From positions 1,364,001-1,428,000 of the forward strand of contig OX597831.1 of the NCBI GenBank assembly GCA_951406725.2: a stretch of 64,000 nt of DNA. The letters are read 5' to 3'. Below, in pieces: positions 39,250 through 52,044 of the stretch. The notes beneath the pieces are model-generated. The model was not told the origin of the DNA, searched no databases, and saw only the letters and a list, made by a program, of their open reading frames with translations. The translations under genes and the position numbers were made by a program. Position 1 is the first letter of the stretch. Every line of letters begins with the position of its first letter. This DNA is from Octopus vulgaris. Lineage: Eukaryota.

Positions 39250-40130
39250 GCAGTAAACTGGCAGAATCATTAGCATGTTTAGTGGCATTTCTTCCAACCT
39301 TTTATGTTCTGAATTCAAATTCTGCCAAAATCAACTTTGCCTTTCATCTTTTCAGGTTCCATAAAATAGGTATCAATTGATTTGAGCATCGGAGTCAATA
39401 TAATCGAATATCCCCACTCCCCCTAAAATTGTTGACCTTGTACAAAAAATTAGAACCCATTATTGGAATAATGGATTGGCAGAAGCATTAGAACATTGGA
39501 AATAATGCATTGTGGCATTTGTTACAGTTTTTTTATGTTCTAGATTCAAATTCCACTGAGGTCAACTTTGTCTTTCATTCCTCTGGGGATTGATAAAATT
39601 TAGTATAAATGAAGTACCAGAGTTGATGGTTTCAGCTAACCCTTCCCTTAGAATTGCTGGCATTGTGCCCATGTCAGAAACAGTTAAAAGCATGGATTGA
39701 CAGAAACATTAGAGCATCAGAAATAATGCATTGCCGTATGTGTTTCAGCTCTTTTGAGTTCAAATCCTGCCATGGTCAACTTTGACTTTCATCATTCTAG
39801 GAGTCAATGAAATAAAGTATGAGTCTAGTATTGGAGTCGATAGTTTCAACTATCCCACTCCCTAAAAATTGCTGGCCTTGTACCTAAATCAGAAACAATT
39901 GTTATTAATTTCTTTAAGGCCACAACCTGGCAGAATTGTTAGCATGCCAAACAATGTGCTTAGTGCCATTTCTTCTGGCTCTTTATGTCCTGAGTTCAAA
40001 TTCTGTCAAAGACAATTTTGGTTTTCATCCTTTCAAAGTCATTAAAACAAGTACCAGAACTGAGGTTGCTTACATCAACTGATTCCCTCTCCCTAAAATT
40101 GTTGACTTTGTGCTAAAATTTGAAAAAGTT
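39250..40130 (+). mobile_element. Head-to-tail array of four family-B SINEs
   Basis: Heads (G.CAGAA...TTAG) at ~39260, 39478, 39698 and 39929, with a period of ~220 bp. Confidence 0.75.
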
Positions 40131-40206
40131 TTTATCTTTTAGATTAACACAAGGCTACAAATTTCTGTGGAGGGGAAAGTTTAGTTTATGTCAGCCTTGA
40201 AACTTG

Positions 40207-40663
40207 TCATCATCATCGTTTAACGTCTGTTTTCCATACTAGTATGGGTTGGACGATTTGACCGGGGTCTGGGAAACCAGGAGGCTGCACCAGGCTCCAG
40301 TCTGATCTGGCAGTGTTTCTACAGCTGGATGCCCTTCCTAATGCCAACCATTCCGTGAGTGTAGTGGGTGCAGTTTACGTGCCACCGGCACGGACGCCAG
40401 TCAAGGCGGCGCTGGCATTGGCCACACTCAAATGGTGCTTTTAATGTGCCACCAGCACAGGTATCACAACTACAATTTCCATTTGATTTCTATTTTGATG
40501 TACTTGACTCAATAGATCTCCTCAAGCACAGCAGGTCACCCTACGATCCAAGATAAGCACAGCAGGCAATCCTGCGAGCCATGAACTCACTTCATTTGTC
40601 GGGTCTTCGCAGTCACAGCACATCTCCAGAAGTCTCGGTCTTTCGTCATTGCCTCTGTGAGGC
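40207..40663 (-). mobile_element. RTE-LINE 3' fragment including the ORF end
   Basis: The minus strand encodes LTEAMTKDRDFWRCAVTAKTRQMK*, the RTE-type DR..WR terminus, followed by the 3' UTR and (ATG)n tail. Confidence 0.8.
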
Positions 40664-41454
40664 ATGTTTTTTAATTGACCTCATAAAAATGAAACACAAA
40701 GTCGATCTTGGCAAGATTTGAACTCAGAATGTAAAAGAGCAACAACACAATGTAGTATTTTGTTCACAACACTACCAATTCTATCAAATAATGATAATAA
40801 TAACCCATACAAACATGAAATAAATGGATATGAAAACAAATGATTGAATATATCTATGTTATTGCTATCAACTCTTATTGAACACACTTATGACCAAAGA
40901 CAATCCAGCCATGTCCATCTCCTCATTTTAGCTGTAACTAGTACTATGGTATCCTCTGTGGCCTTTATGTTAGTGGAAGTTTTGTATGATGAAGTCTCGG
41001 CTGCTATTTCTGACAGATTGAATGGCCATGTAGAGATTCCTGAATTTTAGTACATATATATGCATCTGTGTATATATGTATATTTATGTGTATGTATGTG
41101 TGCATTTATGTTTCTTTGTTGTGGTTTTACTTTTGTTTTTCATTTAATCTTTGATGTTTTTTGTTTGTTTTTTTTCCTTTCTTTTTCTATTTTCTCTTTT
41201 GTTTTTCTTTCAAGTTTCAGTTCCAACGGAATAAGTTTCGTTTCAGGTTCTGATATATGGTTTATCATGAAAAATCTATTTCTATTTTATTTCCCCTACT
41301 GCAAAATATACATTATATCATTATATATCTAAAAACAGTCTTGTCTACACCACACCTGCCTCAGTTAGGACTGGCAGTTTATGTAGCCATAAAACTTCCC
41401 AACACCATCACCAAACATGAATTTAAAATAAATATATATATGTATATATATATA

Positions 41455-41488
<34 letters not shown>

Positions 41489-41784
41489 AACCAAAAAACT
41501 AGATACAAAAGTTTACCCCACCCCACTCCATGCCACCAAATGGCTGAATGGCTACAAGTAACTAATGGTTCTTTGGTTGGTTTATTTTATATCACTGGAA
41601 TTGCCAAAAATACAATTGGAATAAAAAAAAAGCAAGAAACTCTCTTTCTGCCTCCTTCCTCCTTGTTCCTGTATTATTTTGTTTCCAGCTATCTTAAATT
41701 GATTTGATAGGAAAGGTGAATAAATATATATACCCATACATGCACACATGTATATAAATACATACTCATATATATCTATACACA

Positions 41785-42112
<328 letters not shown>

Positions 42113-43785
42113 CATATGTATGTAAATATACAAATATACTTGGTGGGTGTACATTTTTTGAGAAGTGGTCTGTAAAGTCTCTCTGCATGCATGCATGTGT
42201 TAACGTGTCTAAGTTTGTACATGTGTGTGCATGCACCTGCTCAAGTATATATGAATGTGTATATGCATCTATATTTCTAAATGCATATGGATGTATGTAC
42301 ATGTATATGAAAACATGTATGATTAGATGTATATATATATGTGTATATATATACACACACGCACATAATGTGTGTGTATACATGTGTGTTTATGCTTTTA
42401 TGTCTATAGCTATATATGTCTATATGTACAGGTATATGTGTTGTGCTTATGTGGATGCATATGTGTCTGTATATGTTTATATAAAATACATATGAATAAA
42501 GTCATGCTCCAGTATGGCCTTAGCTGCGATGCCTAAGAGAAAATGCAGATGTCTCTCCTTCCCTTACAGATTTTGGAGCAAGCACTGCAGTAGTTTCAAG
42601 TTCAGAGAAACACCTCACTTCAGTATCTCTAAAAATCTGTGTGGACACTTGGTTTGTTAGAAATAGAAACTAAATCTCCCTGAAATTATACTTAGCCATC
42701 TTAATAAAGAACTCACTGCATAATGTAATCTAGGATATGCTATGTGCAAACTGGACAGTTTGGTCATGGTGAGAACACTATTGATCAGGCAAACTTCAAG
42801 TTAAACCACAATGTTTCGACATTCAGCTGTTTCAGATCCTGAATGAAATTGCATTATTATAAGAGATGCCAATAATGGCAAAAAATATCAAATGCCCATA
42901 TTCAGCAAGTTCAAAACAAAAGATGCAGTATGGCTGCAGCCCACTGACTGCAACCATTTTCAGAAAAAAACCGTTATCCCATTGTAAATACATGAAGTTC
43001 TTACATGTGTATGTATGCAAAAGTGTGTTTGCACACATATATCTACATGTGTAGCACAAGCGTATTTATGTGTGTACATACATATATAGATAGATGTGTG
43101 TGTTACCCCGCTGCCTGAATGGATCTATGAGCAATTATTTTAACCAGTTACCTCTCTCTCCAGTGGCAAGTTTATAAAGAAAAGAGGAACAAAAAAAAAA
43201 ATGAAAATGAATGAATAAGTAAAATTGATACTGACTTGTTTTTATGAATTAGAGGGTAACATAATCTCTCCAAGAATTCAAGTAGATTTCATATCCTGTT
43301 TTCCCATTGATAGATAATAGGTCTAAAGCTGAAAGTCTATTTTGAGTACTGGATTTGTAAACACCTATTCAATGATCCATTCATGTACAATTTTTTCATG
43401 TATTCTTTTTCTTCTCATGTTACCACATTGACATCTAGTGGACAACAGGCTTTCACAACTGAACATGTTTTGGTGGGATTTTTTTTTTTTTTTGCTATTG
43501 TTATTCTGGTGATCACAAACAACAAAATTAGGTTGCTGTTTTTATCATGTATGTACTACACACACACACACACATATATCATCATCATCAACATTTAATG
43601 TCCATTTTCCATGCTGGCATGGGTTTGACTGGAAGACTGATAAGCTGGAGAACTGCACCAGTTTCCAATCTGATTTGGCATGGTTTCTTCAACTGGATGC
43701 CCTTCCTAACGCCAACCACTCCAAAAATCTAGTAGGTACTTTTTACGAGCCACCAGCATGGGTGCCAGTTGCAAAACACTGGCAT

Positions 43786-43822
<37 letters not shown>

Positions 43823-43823
<1 letters not shown>

Positions 43824-44227
43824 GCGCGGGAGTGGCTGTGTGGTAAGTAGCTCGTTTACCAACCACATGGTTCCGGGTTCAGTCCCACTGTGTGGCACCT
43901 TGGGCAAATGTCTTCTACTATAGCCTCGGGCCAACCAAAGCCTTGTGAGTGGATTTGGTAGAAGGAAACTGAAAGAAGCCCGTCATATATATATGTATAT
44001 ATATATATATATGCGTGTGTGTGTTTGTGCGTCTGTGTTTGTCTCCCTAGCATTGCTTGACAACCGATGCTGGTGTGTTTATATCCCCGTTACTTAGCGG
44101 TTCGGCAAAAGAGACCGATAGAATAAGTACTAGGCTTACAAAAGAATAAGTCGAGTTGCTCGATTAAAGGTTGTGCTCCAGCATGGCCACAGTCAAATGA
44201 CTGAAACAAGTAAAAGAGAGAGAGAGA
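43823..44227 (+). mobile_element. Full-length family-A SINE
   Basis: Same structure as the other family-A copies, inserted after a (TA)n run. Confidence 0.9.
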
Positions 44228-44281
44228 CTTATGTATGCATGTATATACTTACAGGTATATGTATTTATTTATGTACTTAAA

Positions 44282-44326
<45 letters not shown>

Positions 44327-45071
44327 TTAGGTATATGTGTATATGTAGTTGGGGTGTAAGGTAGTTTGCAGAGGCTTGTTGTAGCAGCAGGAAAAGCAGA
44401 GGTGAGTCAGTGGTATTGGTATTTTAGTGATAAATTGTGTTCTAGTTGTAACCATCCCGTTTTTTTTATTCAGCCATAATATATCTTGGACTACATTGTG
44501 CAGTGTGTCCAGTCTTAAGATCGTTGAAAGAAACTTGTTTATTATTTCTAGCAGGTGGTGTGATTCTGTTGAGGCGTCATCATTAGTTTGTTAAACCACT
44601 AGTGTCTAAATTGGAAGACTAAATTTCCAGTAAATCTAGTTGTTACTGAGACTTGAGAGGTGATATAAGAGGTCATAGTTTACAATTGCTTGAAATATTG
44701 TTGGTTCTGTTCAACTGTAGGTTAGCCCTGAACCAACAGACTTGTGATCAAATGCATTCCACCCATGGGCATCCCATCTTCTAAGAGTACATAGGAATAA
44801 AATTACATAATGTATTTTTCTTTTTTTAAGAGGCTAAGATATAATTTGAGAGTCATTTGGCTCTATTTTTAGAAGGTTGAGCAACTATGCGGAGGCTCTC
44901 TTCTTGACTTTTTAATACATTATTGCTTTGTGAAATTCCATGTGGAACTAGGGTTTGAGAGTATAATGATCATGTATTGTGTGTGAAACAGAGAGAGAGA
45001 AAGTGGTGGAAGAGGAGAAGGAAAGACAGGTAAAATGATTTTAAGATATAAATGAAATAATTTTTGTAAAG

Positions 45072-46592
45072 ATCATCATCATCGTCATTTAATGTTTGCT
45101 TTCTATGCTGGCATGAGATGGACAGTTTGACTGATGGCTGGCAAGCCCGAAGGCTGCACCAGACTCCAATCCGATTAGGCAAAGTTTCTACAGCTGGATG
45201 CCTTTCCTAATGCCAACCACTCTGAGAGTGTAATGGGTGCTTTTTACATGCTACCGGCATGAGGACCAGTCAGGTGGTACTGGCATCGACCATGCTTGAA
45301 TGGTACTTTTTGCATGCCACAAGCACGAGAGCCAATCAGACGGCACTGGCAACGAGCATGCTTGAATGGTACTTTTTACATGCCACTAGCACAGGAGCCA
45401 GTCAGGTGGCACTGGCAACGATCATGCTCGAATGGTGCTTTTTACATGCCACTGGCACGGGTACCATTCAGGCAGTACTGTCATCAGCCATGACACCACT
45501 TCACTTACCTCAACAGGTCTTCGCAAGCACAGATTATTCCCCAATGATTGAAGAGTACTCTTAAATGAGTTGGTTATGCTGCACTGGCATAGGCCACAGT
45601 TACGGTCTCACTTGGCTTGCTGGGTCTTCTCAAGTATAGCATATCTCCAAAGGTTTCAGTCACTTGTGATCGCTTCAGTGAGGCCTAACGTTCAAAGGTC
45701 GTGCTTCACCACTTCATCTCAGGTCTTCCTGGGTCTACCTCTTCCACAGATTTCCTCTACTGCTAGGGTGTGACACTTTTTCATGCAGCTGTCCTCATCC
45801 ATATGCAACACATGACCATACCAGCTCAGTCGTCTCTCTTGCCCACCACATCTGATGCTTCTTATGTTCAACTTTTCTCTCAGAGCACTTACACTTTGTT
45901 GTGTATGCACACTGACATTACATATCCAGCAGAGCAAACTAGCTTCATTCCTTGTAAGCTTACACATGTCCTCAGCAGTTATGGTCCATGTTTCACTGCC
46001 ATGTAGCATGGCTGTTTGCACACATGCGTCATACAGTCTACCTTTTACTCTGAGTGAGAGGCCCTTTGTTACCAGCAGAGGTAAGAGCTCTCTGAACTTT
46101 GCCCAGGCTATTCTTATTCTAGCAGCTACACTCTCAGAGCATTCACCACTGCTACTGACCTAGGTAATGGAAGCTATCAACTATTTCTAGTTTTTCTCCC
46201 TGGAATGTGATAGAAGCTGTTTTCTGCACATTTTCAGTGTTTATTGCCCCTGAGTATTTACCACACACAAAAACTATCTTCCCAGAAAGCCTTCCTTTAA
46301 TATTGTTGCACCTTTTATGTGTCCATAACTTACACTGGGTACATCTTATGGAGTTTCTACCTACGTCTTTTCCACAGATCGAGCAGGGCCATCTACCTGA
46401 AGGGATTTGTGGTTTGTCTGCCTTCCTACTTATTAAGACTTTGTTTTTTGCTAGATTGACTCTATGGCCCTTCGATTCTAGACCTTGCTTCCATTCCTGA
46501 AACTTCTCTAGAGCAAGGTCATCAGCATAGAGAAGCTCTCAGGGGCATCCTGTCTTGAATTCCTCTGTTATTGCCTGGAGGACTATGATGAA
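45072..46592 (-). mobile_element. 5'-truncated RTE-clade LINE (RT C-terminal half plus 3' UTR), pseudogenised
   Basis: Minus strand: ELLYADDLAL (RT catalytic motif), GHRVNLAKNKVL, EIVDSFHYLG, AMLHGSETW, RRLSWYGHVLHM, GRGRPRKT. Stops and frameshifts are present, and the (ATG)n tail is at 45072. Confidence 0.93.
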
Positions 46593-46652
46593 TTGGAATT
46601 TTTATCTTGAAATTGGAATTTTTTTATCTTGAAATTGGAATTTTTATCTTGA
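46591..46652. repeat. 3x ~20-bp tandem repeat at the RTE 5' junction
   Basis: AATTGGAATTTTTATCTTGA in three copies (20, 22 and 20 bp). Confidence 0.9.
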
Positions 46653-48011
46653 TATATAGTGTGTGCAGACACACACACTCTATCTATACAGCATGCATAT
46701 ACTCACATACACTGAGAAAAATTGTTTGTACAAACACATATGCACACAGCACAGTGTTGTGTGCTGTTTGAGAGTTGACATGAATTTAGATGGCATCAAT
46801 GCAAGGGTTTGAACTACCGATCTTTCAGCAGTTCTCATGGGATAAACAAAATATTTATTAGATGTTCTGTTCTGCAATACATTATCTGTCTCCACATCCC
46901 ACAACTTTATAGTTTCACAGACAAGCCAATAAAGTAGCCTCTATGTGGTTGCAGAGCCTGCTAGAAATAGCAACCAAATCTCCCTTAAAATATACCTGAG
47001 CATATCAAAAATGTGCACAATGGATGATGCAAACCTCACAACATTATGTCCGAAAATAACTGGAGTACCTTTGATCATGTGTCTACTAAGACACAGCTGA
47101 CCTGAGGTTAAACAGCAACACTATCATAGTGTGTATTTGTGTGAGTCGTTATTTAGCCCAGGTGAGCTTTAACTGTGCAGACATATGATCAAAAGCATTC
47201 CAGTCACGAACTTTTGTCTTTTTCGAGATATCTGTCTGGGATTGTATTGTCCACTGTGGCATCTTTTTTCTTTTTTTTTTTTTTATGAAGATGGTAAGGT
47301 GTAATATGAGGAAATGTGACTGTGATTCTTAGCAAGTTAAATGATTGTATAGAAGCTCACAATTTCTTTGAATTTATCATGGGTGTTTGAGAGAGGGATT
47401 ATGTATAATAATTTGCTATATCAGTGCCAAAAATCAATGCATTTTTTGTGATTGTTTCCTTTTCCTTTTCCTTTCCTTTTTTTTTTTTTTTTTTGCTTCA
47501 TAATTTGAAGTTCATAATGAAACTGAGAGCCCCAGATGTATTTTATAAACTTAAAATATAATGAAATAACGTTTGAGTGGAAAATGCAAATGAAATTTGA
47601 TTAAAAAGAAATGAAAATGTTTATCTATTCAAATTTCTGGTTTGTTGGGGTTTTTAAAAATATTTTTTCTGTTTAATTTCATTTTATATTCATATTATTT
47701 TCTATTTTAGTTTTATAATATATATTTTTTTAACACTTAACTTTCCAATGATTCTATTTTTTACTCTTTTTAACCATATTACCTTCAAATTTTGGGATTT
47801 AATAAAACATCTATAAACATTTGATAGTTTAAATTGAAACCTGGAATTAATAAAGAAAGAAAATTATATCAAAATTAGGGGTTCTGAAACTGTTGCAACA
47901 GCATTCACCCACAAACTTGTGATGGCATTCTAGGCATGTCAATAGTGACACACTATAGGTTTATAAATAATACTTGATGGACTTTGGGAGGGGTAGAAAT
48001 CTCCCAACATT

Positions 48012-48420
48012 ATCATCATCTTCATCATTCTAATAATGTCCACTTTCCCATGCTTGCATGGGTCTGACAATGTTTATTGAGGCAGATTTTTTTACAGCCA
48101 GATGTCCTTCCTGTCACCAGCCCTCACTCTGTTTTCGCACAAGATAAAATTTCCTTTGGCCAGACATGTTTTTGTAGAATTTTGGAAATGAATGACACTG
48201 CTTGTATGACAGTGAAATTTGTTTACAACTGTCCTGTGATGTCAAGACAAGAAGAAACAAACACACACACACCAGATGGGCCTCTTTCAGTTTCTGTCTA
48301 TAAAGCCCATTCACAAAGCTTTGGTCAGCTCAGGGCTATAGTAGAAGACACTTGCCAAAGGTGTCATGCAGTGGAGCCAAACCTGAAACCATATGGTTAG
48401 GAAGCAAACCTCTTAATATC
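48012..48420 (-). mobile_element. SINE with a family-A-like head and an RTE-type (ATG)n tail
   Basis: The head is homologous to family A (48280-48420) and the 3' half ends GCATGGGAAAGTGGACATT...ATGATGAT. Relatives lie at ~28370-28745 and 63675-64000. Confidence 0.7.
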
Positions 48421-49245
48421 ACATAAAAAGCTTATTTATAACCATTTACCTAAAATATAAATACATGTATACATGAATGTATTCTGGTTTGTAGAATTGG
48501 TGTACTGTATCCTTGCAAGTCATAAGAGGTAACTAAATGGGTTGGTATCAGGAAGGGCATCTGGTCTTAAAATACTGCATCAAAATGTCCTCCCTACTTC
48601 ATGCCAGCATAAAAAAGTAGCTGGAAAATGATAGTGACAAGGATGGCATCTAAGTGATATTACAATAACGGGATTATGAAATAAATTTTGACATGCTAAG
48701 CTAAAAAGTTCTCCTTCACTGTCCTGCTTCATAGTTTACCTATTAACAAACAATAGTACAGGCCAAATAAAGGATCCTCTACTGTGATTCAGTCAGCCAA
48801 ATTTCCCTCATACACAACTCACTGCCTTTAAAAGGAAGAGTAGAAAGTCTTAGCTGAAATTACCTTGATTGAAATTAACACAATCAGGGGGCCACAGAGC
48901 TAAACCGCAACAATGCCTCTTTTATCAATTTGTAGCATCCCTACGGTTACATGACTTGCTAGCAATAACAGTTAAATCTTCCTCAAATTACGTTCTACCG
49001 GCTTTGAAAATACAAACACATTTGATAATGTGATATTGACCGCACTGTGCCTGCTAAAAATAATTGTGATGATCACAGCTGGAATGTCCTTGACCATTGG
49101 TCTGCTCGATCAGAGCTGACCTGGGGCTTAAACAGCAACAACAACAGCAGCTTGACTGTTCAAACATCTTTACTACATGTTTAACCATGAAGTATGTTGT
49201 GCTGTGTATCTTTTCAAACCATTTCTTCTTGTTTCTGCGTTTCAG

Positions 49246-49293
49246 ACGGAGAAAGATGAGGAAGGAGGCAAAGAGGAAGAAGAGTCTGAAGAA
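49246..49293 (+). CDS. VPS41: VPS41 coding exon 2 (TEKDEEGGKEEEESEE)
   Basis: Polypyrimidine tract plus TTTCAG acceptor, 48 nt, GAA|GTGAGT donor, phase 0/0. Its EEESEE matches the acidic run preceding EPKLKY in VPS41 orthologs. Confidence 0.85.
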
Positions 49294-51255
49294 GTGAGTA
49301 AATCTTTTTCATTATTTCTGACTTTGAAGATCTTAATTGATGGAGAGGAATCTGTAGAAGTTGTCAGTCTTATCATCATGGTGGCAGCACTGTGAGACAT
49401 AATTACTCTGTCTGGCTGTCAGTCGGTCTGTGTGTTTGTCTCGTGTGTGTGTGTGTTTGTCTCGTGTGTGTGTGTGTACTGTGTTAACGTATCTATAGTG
49501 TGTAGCTATATATTTCTATATGTATGTACTGTGAGAGAGAGGGAGAGAGAGTGTGTGTTTCTACTGTTAGTATATGTATGTGTGTGTACCATTTTTATAT
49601 AGTATGTTTTTATTGTATATACTGTGTGTGTATATCTATACATACGTGTCTGTGTGTGTGTATGTACCATGAATGTATGTGGTTTTTGGCTGTGAATATA
49701 TGAATGTGTGTGTGTACCATTGTTGTACCCTGTTTATAGTATCTACTGTGTGTACTGTGTCTGTGTATGTATATGTATGTATCCTGTGCATGTCTATGTG
49801 TTAGTGCGCATCTACTTTTAGCATCTGTGTGTACCACTTTTGTATTATATGTGTATATTGTATTTACTTTGTTTATCTGTATGTATTCATGTGTATGTCT
49901 ACTGTGTAGCTGTATGTATCAGTGAGTCCGTGTGGATTTGTCTTTATCTCTATATTATGTTTGTGAATTATGTGTATTTCTGTATGACTGTGTATAACTC
50001 TGTCTGTATATGTGTGACTGAGTATCTGTATATGTGTGTGATTATATATCATATCTGCAATTTGTGTATAACATGTATGTGTATGGGTCTACATTTGTGT
50101 ATCATGTATATGTGTGTGACTATCTATATTTTTTTTGTGATTGTCACTGACTTTACACCTGCATATCATGTGGGTGTGTGTGACTCTTGCATGTGTATTA
50201 TATCAGCCAGTATGTATTGTATGTGACTGTGTATCATATCTGTTTTTGTGTGTGACTATATATCTATGCATTTTATCTGTATGTATTTTATATGTCTGTA
50301 GGTGGGTTTTTGTAGGTGTACAATCAATGTGTTATTGTTGAACACCAGGCCAGGCCTAACACAAGAGACCTATGATTATTGATCACAGGCATAGATGTAT
50401 GGTTTAGAAGTTCACTTGAAAGTCATATGGTTCCAGGTTCAATCCTATTGCCCAATACCTGCATCATACACTAGGGATTACCAATGCCTGGTGAGTGAAA
50501 TTTGGTAAACAAAAACAATGCAGTAGCTCATTTTATATCTGCATGTATGTATATAGATATCAACATTGACAAGAAAACTGACAAATTGGTGCATTTGAAC
50601 AAAAATACCTAGTGATATTTACTTCTTCCAAGTTACACAGACACTCCCTTGAAACACTCACCTTTGGAAATGCATTAGAGAATAGCCAATGAAAATTAAT
50701 CATCAGCATCATTTAATGTCTGCTTTCCATGCTGGCATGGGTTAGACTGGAACTGGTAAGCCAGAGGGCTGAACTAGGTTCAGTGTGGTTAAGAAATTTG
50801 GTCTACATTCTTATGGTTTTTGGTTCAGGCCCTCTGTGTTGCACCTTGAGCAAGTGTCTTTTGCCCTAATCCTGGGTCGACCAAAGCCTTGTGAGTAGAC
50901 AGAAACTGAAAATTCACCATGTAAATATGTGTGTGTGTGTGTGTGTGTTCACAATCTCTCTCCTTTTTTCTCCATCTGGGGTAGCCATGTCTTACTTCTA
51001 ATGCACTTTTCTATCCCTCAGTACTACACCATCCCTACTCATATTTAAGGGGTCTTGTCCTGCAAGTTACTTGGTGACCTCACTGCTACTGGTGCCATGT
51101 AAAAAGCACCCTGTACACTCTGTGAAGTGGTTGGCATTAGGAAGGGGATCCAGCTGTCAGAACTTGGTGTAGTCTTCTGAGTTGCCAGTTCCTTACAAAA
51201 ACATACCAGTATGGAAAGTGGATGCTAAATGATGATGATGATATACATATATATA

Positions 51256-51301
<46 letters not shown>

Positions 51302-51443
51302 CCGACAAGATACATCTGCACCAACAGATACTCCTGAACCAGTTGTTGTGTGTCCCACCCAAGAGGAATTGATGCTAGATGTGTTGAAACAATTGTGATC
51401 AATAATAAATTCTCGAATATTCCATCTTCTGTCTTTCATTTGC

Positions 51444-51475
<32 letters not shown>

Positions 51476-51848
51476 CAGGTGTAGGGTTGTGTTCCTCATA
51501 TCACATAATTATAAATGAGTCTCACTCTCCTAAAAGTTGTATCATTCCTTTCCAATCTGATCATGGGAAAATAACACATTGTTTGGATACGAGGCTTGGT
51601 GACAGGAAGGGTTTCATGGGAAGGCTGTGTTTTCATGGAGCTTTACCTTCTATTTGTAGTAGGTTGAGCAACTTCAATGGAGCTCCATTGCTAGCTTGTG
51701 TGTTTGTTTGCAGTGCCAGCATGGATGTGTATATGTGTATGTAGTGTTTGCATATGTGTGTAGAGTTCATATTTGCATATATATATATATGTATGTTTGT
51801 TGTTTGCTTATGCACATAGTGCCTATACATGTGTGTATTTGTAGTTCT

Positions 51849-51888
<40 letters not shown>

Positions 51889-51962
51889 TACTGCAAATTT
51901 AGGGTGAATACTTGATAGGTGTAAGCACCTGTATACGCCAGCTAGTGGCAGGGGTGAGAGGG

Positions 51963-52044
51963 TATATATCAAATAAAATCAAAAACGGAACACAAAGGAT
52001 ACTGCAACATCCTTGTTCTGTTTTTGATTTTATTTGATATATAT
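51963..52044. repeat. Short inverted repeat (hairpin)
   Basis: TATATATCAAATAAAATCAAAAACGGAACA...AGGAT, an 8-nt loop, then ATCCTTGTTCTGTTTTTGATTTTATTTGATATATA. Confidence 0.85.

Noticed and set aside
39250-40130. CRISPR-like repeat-spacer periodicity
   Set aside because: The units are whole diverged SINEs in eukaryotic intronic DNA, with no identical short repeats and no cas genes.
49177-49395. 72-aa ORF as a stand-alone gene
   Set aside because: Only 49246-49293, bounded by splice sites, is credible as VPS41 exon 2. The flanks are intronic.
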